64,000 nucleotides of DNA from an uncultured delta proteobacterium (lineage in GTDB: Bacteria; Desulfobacterota; Syntrophobacteria; BM002), in NCBI GenBank assembly GCA_963712115.1, contig CAVQGX010000018.1, positions 32,001 through 96,000 of the forward strand, written 5' to 3'. Numbering within the stretch: position 1 is the stretch's first letter; each line of letters begins with the position of its first letter. Shown here piece by piece: positions 20,494-29,082 of this stretch. The notes under the pieces are model-generated. The model did no database searches and was not told the DNA's origin. It saw only the letters and a program-made list of their open reading frames with translations. The position numbers and the translations under genes are program-made.

Positions 20494-21168
20494 TTATTCT
20501 GTGGGCAAATAAGGTTCCAGGTCTTTTATGTATTTGGTAATAACCCTGTATCCCGAATCACTGAGGAGTTGGACTGCGGTGTCGCGATTGGCAGAAGGAA
20601 CCCTCATAACCAGTTCATGGATACCAGGATACTGGTGTAAGGGCAGGGTAATCATGCTCACGATGCTGATATTTGCATCTTTTAGTATGGTGCAGACATC
20701 TGCCAGCACTCCAATACGATCCTTTACCAGAACCACGAGGCGACCACTCTCCTGTTGAACTCCAAGGCCATCCAGCAGGACTTCCATCAGATCGGTGCTG
20801 GTTATAATTCCCACCAGTTTTTCACCTTCCACCACTGGTAGACTGCCAATCTTACGTTCGTGCAGGATCTTAGCAGCGCGTTCGATGGTGGCGTTGGGAG
20901 TTATGGTGATTGGGTCTTTTACCATTACGCTTTCCACGGTGAGCTTCTGCAAGACGTAGGTGAGTTCATAGATGCTCAAGGTGGTGGCTGGAGAGGCCCA
21001 AGCTTGTTTGATGTCCCGATCCGTAAGGATGCCTACCAGATTTCCCTTTTCGTCAACGACAGGTACCTGTTTGACGTTGTGCTCCCGCAGCAGATCTCGT
21101 GCTTTTACCAGGGGAGTATCAGGAGTTACCTTGATGAGATCAGTTGTCATTTTCCGACCCACATACAT
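20494..21168 (-). CDS. acuB: CBS-pair + ACT domain protein (AcuB-like)
   Basis: Two CBS domains, SPATTLS.YEL, C-terminal ACT (DRIGVLADV). Confidence 0.85.
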   Translation of the reverse strand: MYVGRKMTTDLIKVTPDTPLVKARDLLREHNVKQVPVVDEKGNLVGILTDRDIKQAWASPATTLSIYELTYVLQKLTVESVMVKDPITITPNATIERAAKILHERKIGSLPVVEGEKLVGIITSTDLMEVLLDGLGVQQESGRLVVLVKDRIGVLADVCTILKDANISIVSMITLPLHQYPGIHELVMRVPSANRDTAVQLLSDSGYRVITKYIKDLEPYLPTE

Positions 21169-21191
21169 AGTCTCCTCCTCTGCCTAATTTT

Positions 21192-21797
21192 CTAAAAAGT
21201 GATACCAGACCTATGCAATTGTTGCAGAAGGTCGTAGAAACCTTCTGAAGTCAGATATACCATCTGTATAGAAGGGCCAAACTGAATGTTATCTCGATTG
21301 ACCAAGGACTTGTTCTTGTAGGCAACCAAGCGCTTGTTGTTCACCAGCGTACCGTTGGTGGAGTTGGCGTCAACAATTTCGTAGGAATCTTCCTCCGCTG
21401 GCGCGACAAAATAGGTATGCAATTTGGAAACAGTTTTGTTGGTAATCACGATGTCGTTATTGGCAGCTCGACCAAGGCAGATCATATTAACAGGAGCTGA
21501 GCTGGCGTGCTTGGCTATTTCGATTACTAAGGTTTCATATATTTGAGATTCGGTGGAAGGGGAGATTTCTCCAGGAAGTTCGTCGCTGTATTCAGAAGAA
21601 AAAGTTTCAAATTGAAAAGCCGTGTCCTCTATCCAATCTCCGGCTTGCGGCCAGAGTAGCACGGGATATTTGTGTTTTGCTTGAAACAGGCTAGAGGTAA
21701 GCCCCGAGGCCTCTTTCAAATATTCAACGATTGGCCTAAACTCACCTGTCATCAAACTCTCCAAGACTAAGTCCTGTCCCGCTGCAGTCTCGGGCAA
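21192..21797 (-). CDS. FHA-domain protein
   Basis: LGRAANNDIV...VSKLH...DANSTNGT. Confidence 0.85.
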   Translation of the reverse strand: MPETAAGQDLVLESLMTGEFRPIVEYLKEASGLTSSLFQAKHKYPVLLWPQAGDWIEDTAFQFETFSSEYSDELPGEISPSTESQIYETLVIEIAKHASSAPVNMICLGRAANNDIVITNKTVSKLHTYFVAPAEEDSYEIVDANSTNGTLVNNKRLVAYKNKSLVNRDNIQFGPSIQMVYLTSEGFYDLLQQLHRSGITF

Positions 21798-21803
21798 AAA
21801 CCA

Positions 21804-22163
21804 CTATTCTTTGTGGCCGAGAATCATGAAATCTTCACCTTCCTGGAGAATGTATTCCTTATCTCCCAATCCGAATTCAGGGTCGTACCGGAAGGGTATT
21901 CTAAGATCATCTGCAGTTGCTATACGTTCCAAAATATAAGAGAGTACCGCGGTCATTTCATGGATGGCAGGAAGCATAACGTTTTGGGGAATGGCTATTT
22001 CCTTGAGGCCGAAATGGGTGTATATGCCACGGGTAACAAGTACTCCTTTTGCGGGTAGATGGACAATTTCCACCACTTGAGCAGCGTTTTTTTGATTAGC
22101 TATAGTTGCTACGATGACTTCCTGGGTGGAATCGGAACCGTTAAATAACTCGGGCATTAACAT
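21804..22163 (-). CDS. Hypothetical protein
   Basis: 119-aa ORF with AGGAG RBS, co-oriented with the FHA gene. Confidence 0.7.
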   Translation of the reverse strand: MLMPELFNGSDSTQEVIVATIANQKNAAQVVEIVHLPAKGVLVTRGIYTHFGLKEIAIPQNVMLPAIHEMTAVLSYILERIATADDLRIPFRYDPEFGLGDKEYILQEGEDFMILGHKE

Positions 22164-22668
22164 CTCCTGGGCTCAACTATTTTGTGCGTCTTCAAGTTAA
22201 TTACACGACTTCACCAGATTTGACAAGTCTTGCCCTCAGAGCCAAATTCGCTTGGCACTTCTGTTTATTGTTGAGTTTTTCCGACATGCACGTCTCATAC
22301 CACCTATATCGCATAGAGCATGGCGCATAGCGTCAATTAGTAGCATCGTTGAAGCCGTTGAAGTGGATGAAATCGTTCAAGTCGTTCGAATCGGTGCTGG
22401 AGGCCTCTCCCAGAGGAAAATCTCACACTTAGTTTGGCCGGTTTAGCCCGGTTGCCAGGTAGCACAGACAAGAATTCCACGTTCCGCGTTCCGACTTCCG
22501 CGTTTAAATCCTCGTCTCGCCTTATTTGGCATGCTGGTTGCTAATATAGTAAACGGTTAAAATCATATTACTCTTTAAGTGGTTGTTATATTTAAAAAAT
22601 TATCATGCAGGGGCGATTGGCCTTACCCGATTTTGTATACAATGAGATACATATACGGGAGGACTAAG

Positions 22669-22920
22669 ATGAAACTTACGGGTAAATTAGCTTACTACGA
22701 AAGCAAACTAAAACTTCTCAGTAACCCGAATTTAGATGCCAGTCTCTTGAAACTTGGATGCTGGGATGCTCCTTTCGAGAAAGCGGGGCTTTCGGATCCG
22801 CGAAGATGTCAGTATTTTATTAAGCAGTGCAAAAAATATTATGAGCAAAAGATAGATCGGATTCAGAAGGAGCAGCGCGCCGCTCGTCGCGGCAAATGGT
22901 ATGTCCGTTTGGGACTGTAG
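22669..22920 (+). CDS. Small basic hypothetical protein
   Basis: GGAGG RBS before ATG 22669 (MKLTGKLAYYE...). Confidence 0.65.
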   Translation: MKLTGKLAYYESKLKLLSNPNLDASLLKLGCWDAPFEKAGLSDPRRCQYFIKQCKKYYEQKIDRIQKEQRAARRGKWYVRLGL

Positions 22921-23035
22921 GCAAAATCTGGTTCACTCAGAACATCTCTAGGCATTATCTGTAATGCTTTCGCATGGCGCTAAGTGCGGAGCTCATAGCG
23001 TCAATTGGTCTAATCGTTAAATCCGTTCAAGTCGT

Positions 23036-23357
23036 CAAATCAGCTCACAGCTGAAAGCTCATAGGTCAAAGGAAATCTTTTAAGTCTTTTAAGTCGTTCA
23101 AGTCTTAAAGCTCAAGGAGCCAGGCGTCAGGAGCCAGTAGCCAAAATGGAAGAACACTCTTTATGTTTCTCCCTGCTGGATTCTGGATTCTGACTCCTGA
23201 ATTCTTATATAATTGGTGTTTAGTGCCTAGTCCTTAGTGCCTAGTGACCTGCTGCCCTCTGCCCTCTGACTTCCGACCTCTACCTATTACAACAAATGAC
23301 AGCGGAGCGTAGTGACCTAATGACGCCGAAGGCAAGTGACTCATTGCCTGCCAACTG
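23036..23357 (-). repeat. ~320-bp composite repeat, copy 2 (module A at 23287-23342)
   Basis: Reverse complement of 11068-11413. Confidence 0.92.
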
Positions 23358-23462
23358 TCTTGTGTCCTCTGATCCCTTGCCTCTGATTCCTTAACCCTTT
23401 TTATTGACTACACTGCTCAATTAAGATTAAATTGAACTCACCTATATAAAGATCAATGGTTG

Positions 23463-23659
23463 TCAACCCAGATGTTTCATGAATTGGTGTCACGAGACCA
23501 CGAAGATGCGCGTGCCACCGGGCAACCGTCCCGCGGTACCGCGGGATTGGTCCCGAGGCGTACCTGACTGGTACGTCGCAGGGGCCTGCACCTGAGGACG
23601 CGCGGAAGGACGGTCATAATCGTGGTCGCAGTAAGCGATTCATGAAACATCCGGGTTGA
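23463..23659 (+). mobile_element. ~197-bp palindromic MITE-like element C, copy 1
   Basis: ~22-bp terminal inverted repeats tcaacccagatgtttcatgaat/attcatgaaacatccgggttga; internal cccgcggtaccgcggg; inverted homologue at 52501-52697. Confidence 0.85.
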
Positions 23660-23733
23660 TCGGTCAAAGTATTATGAGTATTTCTCTGTAATGATATACA
23701 GACATAGAGCGAACCGTCGGAAGGAGAGAAGGT

Positions 23734-24900
23734 ATGACAGCAAAAAAGCCCCGTACCATAGCCATACTTACTGGTGGCGGCGACGTGCCCGGACTGAACC
23801 CATGCATCAAAGCACTGGTCTATCGTGGTATTGAGGAAGGGTTAAGGGTACTGGGAATCCGGAGAGGATGGGCAGGTCTTTTCGAGTTTAACCCTGACCA
23901 CCCCGATTCCATGAAAAAAAATATTATGGAGTTGGAGAAGGGGACAGTTCGCACCATAGACCGCTCCGGAGGTACCTATCTCCACACCTCGAGAACCAAT
24001 CCGGGAAGAGTCAAATACGAAAACGTCCCTGAGTTTCTCAAAGACCAGGCGAAGGAAAGTGAACTTAATGACTTTACCGAGCACGTGCTGAGCAACCTGA
24101 AACATCTAGGCATTGATGTATTAATTCCCATTGGAGGGGATGACACGCTCAGTTATGGAGAGCGTCTTCACGAAGAGGGCTTCCCCGTGGTGGCAATCCC
24201 TAAAACCATGGACAACGACGTCCATGGAACCGACTATTGTATTGGTTTTTCCACCGCGGTAACAAGGAGTGTCAATTTCATCCATTCTTTGCGCACCTCT
24301 ACCGGTTCCCATGAGCGCATCGCTGTTATAGAGCTCTTTGGCCGCTACTGTGGTGAAACTTCTCTGATCTCAGCGTATCTAGCGAGTGCTGACCGGGCCA
24401 TAATCTCTGAAGTTCCTTTTGACCCTGAGAGGCTCGCCCGTTTGATCATGGAGGACAAGCAGGCCAATCCCAGCAATTATGCCATGCTCACTATCAGTGA
24501 GGGTGCGCGCATGATCAGCGGCGACATGGTACAGTATGGAGAGGCCGACGCCTATGGTCACCGCAAACTTGGCGGGATTGGTATGATGACTGGTGAGGTT
24601 CTGAAGAAATTAACCGGGCAAAACATTATTTTCCAACAGCTCTCGTACCTAATGCGGAGTGGCGCCCCGGATTCCCTTGACCTGATGGTGGCAGTCAACT
24701 TTGCTAACATGGCCATCGACCTAGTTCTCAAAAAAGTGAGTGGCCGCATGGTCTCCTTGACCCAGGGAGTATACACGGATGTGTCCATGAGCGTCATTAC
24801 GAGCGGACAGAAAAGGGTTGATGTCAGAGAGCTATATGATGCGGAGCAATATCGGCCAAAGGTCCGCCACGTGATGGGAAAACCGATGTTTCTTTATTAG
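23734..24900 (+). CDS. pfkA: 6-phosphofructokinase (PfkA family, probably PPi-dependent)
   Basis: [22 protein letters not shown] and PKTMDND (the Asp/Lys pair typical of PPi-type enzymes). Confidence 0.92.
   Translation: MTAKKPRTIAILTGGGDVPGLNPCIKALVYRGIEEGLRVLGIRRGWAGLFEFNPDHPDSMKKNIMELEKGTVRTIDRSGGTYLHTSRTNPGRVKYENVPEFLKDQAKESELNDFTEHVLSNLKHLGIDVLIPIGGDDTLSYGERLHEEGFPVVAIPKTMDNDVHGTDYCIGFSTAVTRSVNFIHSLRTSTGSHERIAVIELFGRYCGETSLISAYLASADRAIISEVPFDPERLARLIMEDKQANPSNYAMLTISEGARMISGDMVQYGEADAYGHRKLGGIGMMTGEVLKKLTGQNIIFQQLSYLMRSGAPDSLDLMVAVNFANMAIDLVLKKVSGRMVSLTQGVYTDVSMSVITSGQKRVDVRELYDAEQYRPKVRHVMGKPMFLY
24879..24896 (+). repeat. attL core AAAACCGATGTTTCTTTA
   Basis: Identical to 39934-39951; encodes the pfk C-terminus KPMFL(Y). 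Confidence 0.92.
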
Positions 24901-26054
24901 ATCTCAGTTCGCCCAACAATTCCTACACACTTAACTGCCGTCCCCTCTGCTGGGTGCGTATAGGGTGCGGAAAGGTGCAAGTTATCTAGTTCGTCCACCT
25001 GGTTTTTATGCTCCCCTGGCATCCAGTGAGCGTACTTGTCCAAAGTGATACTCAACTGCATGGTGGCCCAGCTGCTTACTCACGTCAACGATGTTGTCAC
25101 CTTTGGCGATCCGCAGGGTGGCGTAGGTGTGGCGCAGGTCGTGAAACCTGATAGGTCGGGGTGAGATGTCTTGGAGTTTTCTCTGAAGGATGAAGTTGTA
25201 GTTTAGCCTGTTACCTGTTTCATCGGCGAATATCAGCCCGGAAATGCTTGCAACCTTGCGATGCTTCCTCAGGCCCTTGAGTGCTTCCACGGTTGCAGGA
25301 GTGAGATCGACCGTGCGAGTCTTCTTGTTCTTTGGAGGCCCGGTCCGATCCAAGCGGTAGTCATAAGCTCTTACTTACCTCGAGGGTCCTGTTGTTCAAA
25401 GTCGATGTCGGACCATTCAAGTGCAAGTACCTCGCCCAATCTCAAGCCGGTTCTGACTGCTAGCAAATAGGCTGTAGAAAGCTCAATTTCAAGCCCTGCT
25501 GCGTTTTCCAGCATTTGCTGTACCTCGGTAGCACTCAATGGATCGATGCTCGTTTCAGCCTGCCAGTTCCGCAATATTTCCGTGGTTCTCTGGCAGGGTT
25601 CTGATACTGATAATTTCATCCTCAATCGCATTTTCAAAGATACCGCTAAGCACTGCTAGAATTACTTGAGTTCCAGGCCGGAGAGTAGTCCCTTGCCTTT
25701 GAGATGTTCCGATAAAGTGCTTAACGTGTTTCCGTTTAATCTCATCGAGTCTTTTGCTGCCAAAATGAGGCTCAATGTGCAATCTGAAAACCTCCTTGTA
25801 TTTCATGCAGAGTGCTTTACAGCCTGCTCTCTGAGCGGAGAATCGAGCCATTGCTTGCCGTATTTGGCGACCGTCGGACGTTGATCCCTAACCATGCCCA
25901 TATCGCCAGCTGCAAGGCGCTCTCTTATCCTCCTTGCTACGTTGTTGGCAGTGCGCTTGTCGCCTATCTTCTTGCTCCGACGCCTGCCTTTGTGGTGGAT
26001 GAACACCCACCACTCCCCTGAATCTTTGACTTTTTCTCTAACGTTTACAGCCAT
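24897..26054 (-). pseudogene. int: Tyrosine integrase, full length but split by >=4 frameshifts as assembled
   Basis: Fragments: MAVNVREK arm domain; HIEPHFG..RLDEI; RTGLRLGEVLALEWSDIDF; RFHDLRHTYAT; LGH; then shifted SITLDKYAHW (catalytic Tyr) to TAA at 24897. Confidence 0.88.
24955..24968. promoter_or_regulatory. Putative integrase arm-type site TGCGTATAGGGYGC
   Basis: Repeated at 39847-39860 near the other end; both are followed by aggtrcaa..gtccacct. Confidence 0.6.
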
Positions 26055-26191
26055 CTTCAATCACTCTCCTTTCGTGCTCCGGGTGTTGCTCTCACCTATT
26101 CCCAGGTCATAACCAGCTTCGTTCGCTATTGTGTTCTCACTTGTGTTCTCACTTGTGTTCCTAATTTTCACAGGTCATAACCTACCTTGAA

Positions 26192-26418
26192 CTAGTCTGT
26201 TTCGGGATCCCGATTTGCTACTTTACTCCTTTCAGTTTCTTCCTTCAGCGTTTGACAGTGGCCTATAATTTCCTCTGCAGCCTTGACAAGCATCTGTCCT
26301 GCATCGATAAAAAAGAACTCCCCGCTGTTGTTCAGGTCTCCAGGATCCATGTTTTTGAGAAATTTCCCTATACCTTCCACTTTTTCAGCACACCCTAAAA
26401 GATCCTCGTAAATCATTG
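26192..26418 (-). CDS. Hypothetical element protein
   Basis: GGAGGAG RBS, MIYEDLLGCAEK..., overlapping the upstream stop. Confidence 0.55.
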
Positions 26419-26667
26419 GCTCTCCTCCTCTTTGGCCGGTTTCTGGCCGTTGCCAAGCAGCATGTTCTCGAACTGCGTCAACGTTTCTCCCACTTCCAAA
26501 AGTGATTCGCCCATACCCCACACAATATCACCGCCGTGTTTCGCTATTCTGTACTTCTCGAAATCGGAGCTCATAATCGCCGCCCATACGAAGTAGAGCT
26601 TTCCCATTTGTGGGCGAACCTCCTTCTCCCAAAAGCATTTTGCCTGTTCTACTCTTTCTTCATTCAT
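26413..26667 (-). CDS. Hypothetical element protein
   Basis: 84 aa, translationally coupled to neighbours. Confidence 0.6.
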   Translation of the reverse strand: MNEERVEQAKCFWEKEVRPQMGKLYFVWAAIMSSDFEKYRIAKHGGDIVWGMGESLLEVGETLTQFENMLLGNGQKPAKEEESQ

Positions 26668-26947
26668 CTGCTCTCACCTCCTCCCCGGTGGAGGCCTCCT
26701 CTTTGGCCTCAGCTTCCAGGATTTCAACCATTTGTTTGAAATGGAATAAGGTGTTGTTGTAGTTGGCCGTGATTTTGTCGAGTATTCTGTGTAGACCACG
26801 GCAGGCTTCAGTAAATCGGTTTCCATCTTCGCTTGCCTCCCCTGCTAGACCTATAGAACTACTAAGGGCAAGCAGGTTATCGCATTGTTCTTTCCAGACG
26901 AAGATTTGCTGGTGATACAACCTCAGGGCTTCTTCTTTAGTCATCAT
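26660..26947 (-). CDS. Hypothetical element protein
   Basis: 95 aa, AAGGAG RBS. Confidence 0.65.
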   Translation of the reverse strand: MMTKEEALRLYHQQIFVWKEQCDNLLALSSSIGLAGEASEDGNRFTEACRGLHRILDKITANYNNTLFHFKQMVEILEAEAKEEASTGEEVRADE

Positions 26948-27507
26948 AGGGTCACTCCTTTCACCCCTGAAACTCCCCTACCTGGTGCCGTGAGCCGCCG
27001 TAGGATCGACGATCGCCGAATTTAGGTACTTGGGCACGTCCCAGGATCCAGAAACGAAAAAACCCCCACCCCAGCCACGGCCAGAGTGAGGATGAACTGG
27101 TTTTGCGCGAGTTCTTCCCAGGCGCAGACGCACAGGCCCCCAGTGCCTCACGGCAAGGAACTCGGGAAACTGGTTATTTAAGTCTGCGCGGTTCATAGCT
27201 CTGCCTTTCGGGAAATTGGTTGACGTATATACTTTTAGTTTTAGTATATTGAAGTCAATGTCAAACATACGAATGCACGAAGCTCTTGCAACACCCAGAG
27301 GTGATTTGAGTTTGCAAACGAGAAATGCTACAAGCGCAAACTAGCAAAGAGATAGGAAATCTCGCCGGCGTATATCTCATGAAGTAGAAACAATCTCCTG
27401 AAAACCATTCGCATCTAGAGAAGTTGGAGAAGTCCTAAGAAATATGACTGACATCGAAATTCGTAGAAGGATTCTCACTGCCCGCTCGATGACCAATATG
27501 ACATGCA

Positions 27508-27837
27508 TCAAGAAAACAAATCCTCAAATAACATCAGGATCCCCAACTCATCAGCCACAGTCTTAACGCCCCGGGGCCCCTCATTTACCTTCACCGGACT
27601 GTTCCTCCTGCCAATCTCGAAATCGCCGGTACTTCGCCGGATAGAAAATGCACCATAAAAAAATCCAGTAAGGCTCGAAATCCTCTTCTCAGCACCCTTG
27701 ATGTGGCGGTATCTGCATTTTTTGCAACTCCATCCAGGCCAGCTCCGTGCCACAGCATGGTCGAGACAACGGGTATAAAGCGGACAGGCAAGATTCCGAT
27801 ACCGGTTGCCAGTAACTCTCCGAGGACGACGTTCCAT
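27508..27837 (-). CDS. Small Cys-motif (zinc-binding) phage-type protein
   Basis: CPLYTRCLDHAV...W..WSCKKC; AGGAGG RBS before MERRPRR. Confidence 0.6.
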   Translation of the reverse strand: MERRPRRVTGNRYRNLACPLYTRCLDHAVARSWPGWSCKKCRYRHIKGAEKRISSLTGFFYGAFSIRRSTGDFEIGRRNSPVKVNEGPRGVKTVADELGILMLFEDLFS

Positions 27838-28061
27838 TGACCGAGTTGGCCTCCTGCTGGTAAACTGAAAAGGCCAGCTGGTCAATTTTTCTCTTAACTA
27901 AGCCAGGAGATGCACGCTCCTGGCTTTTCAACTTTAGATTCCACCCCAAATGTTACCAGGGGGGGGTGCCCTGGGTATAGGGTCAGAAGTGAATGGGCGT
28001 TTCACGCATGTTTCACGCAACAAATAGACCTTGTGGAACAACAAACAGGCATTATAGAGCA

Positions 28062-28262
28062 TCAGTTATCTGGGCGTAGAGCCCGGTTCAAAACCTTCTC
28101 ATTCTCCAGCAGCCACTTCGCCACGTTTGGCAAATAATACAGGCGGACTTGATTGGTCACGCGAATAAAGGGAAACTGCTTTTCCGTCCTCAGCCGGGAT
28201 AGTGTTACCTTCTTCAAGCTCAACAGGTCCAACAGTGTGTCCTCTGTACAGAAATTCTCCAT
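28062..28262 (-). CDS. Excisionase-like winged-HTH protein
   Basis: LLDLLSLKKVTLSRLR....PFIRV....RLY....V.KWL pattern. Confidence 0.7.
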   Translation of the reverse strand: MENFCTEDTLLDLLSLKKVTLSRLRTEKQFPFIRVTNQVRLYYLPNVAKWLLENEKVLNRALRPDN

Positions 28263-28590
28263 TTTCAGTGCTTCTTCGTTCACGGCGCAAAACCTCCTCT
28301 TCAATGAAACTTTCAAGCCAATAGCAGCGAACTAGGTCGCCACGCTGATTTAGTTCTCTCCACCAGGCCAGTTTCCTCTCCTGACTCATAACCAAAAACA
28401 ATTGCACACACCTGGAGCAAAGAAACCCCTCGGCGTCCTGCGCCGGCTTGTAATCCGTAGCCTCTCCACAAAACCCACAGCGGGCGCCGCTGACTATGTC
28501 TCTCTCATCCTGGCGCATGCAATCCTCAGATTCGCAAAGCCACGGCCATTCCGGGCATTCAGGGCAATCCTGACAGGATCTCAATTGCAT
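28099..28590 (-). CDS. Cys-rich hypothetical protein (C-terminal extent uncertain)
   Basis: CQDCPEC, CGFC, CSRC; GGAGG RBS. Confidence 0.55.
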   Translation of the reverse strand: MQLRSCQDCPECPEWPWLCESEDCMRQDERDIVSGARCGFCGEATDYKPAQDAEGFLCSRCVQLFLVMSQERKLAWWRELNQRGDLVRCYWLESFIEEEVLRRERRSTENGEFLYRGHTVGPVELEEGNTIPAEDGKAVSLYSRDQSSPPVLFAKRGEVAAGE

Positions 28591-28610
28591 ACTTCCTCCT
28601 TTGACTTAGC

Positions 28611-28762
28611 TTAGGTCCAGCCTTTTGGACTAGGGACCGGATTGATCACGATGATCGGCGTGATCTCAAAACCACAGCCAGGGCATAGTGTTTTAACGCC
28701 GGTTGGATTTGTTTCGAAGATCTGATTGCACGCGGGACAACGCACAACACTACCTCTTTCAA
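28611..28762 (-). CDS. Small zinc-ribbon protein (start uncertain)
   Basis: CPACNQ...CPGCG. Confidence 0.45.
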
Positions 28763-29073
28763 TGTTTTGTAGTTCCCTGAGATTCCGCCTGCAGAGCCAA
28801 GTAGGCCTCCAGGAAGCCAAAGACGAAACTGGCGAAGAAAACTTGGTCAATTAGCTCACCGTGAGCCTTCGAAAGATGATCAGCAAGTGACTTGGCGGCA
28901 CTGGGTAATGCTTCACGAAGTTTTTGGGTCAGATCAGTCGCGGTTTGGAAATGCGCCATGATGGGGTCTTGCTGGCTGACTACCTCAAAAATATCTAAAC
29001 GTCGAGTAGCTAAAACTTCAAAGGCCTTTGTAACTACATCTTCGCTCAACGTCTCATAGTTCAAGGCTTGCAT
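28759..29073 (-). CDS. Hypothetical element protein
   Basis: 104-aa helical ORF immediately after the giant gene. Confidence 0.65.
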   Translation of the reverse strand: MQALNYETLSEDVVTKAFEVLATRRLDIFEVVSQQDPIMAHFQTATDLTQKLREALPSAAKSLADHLSKAHGELIDQVFFASFVFGFLEAYLALQAESQGTTKH

Positions 29074-29082
29074 CGCTTCACC

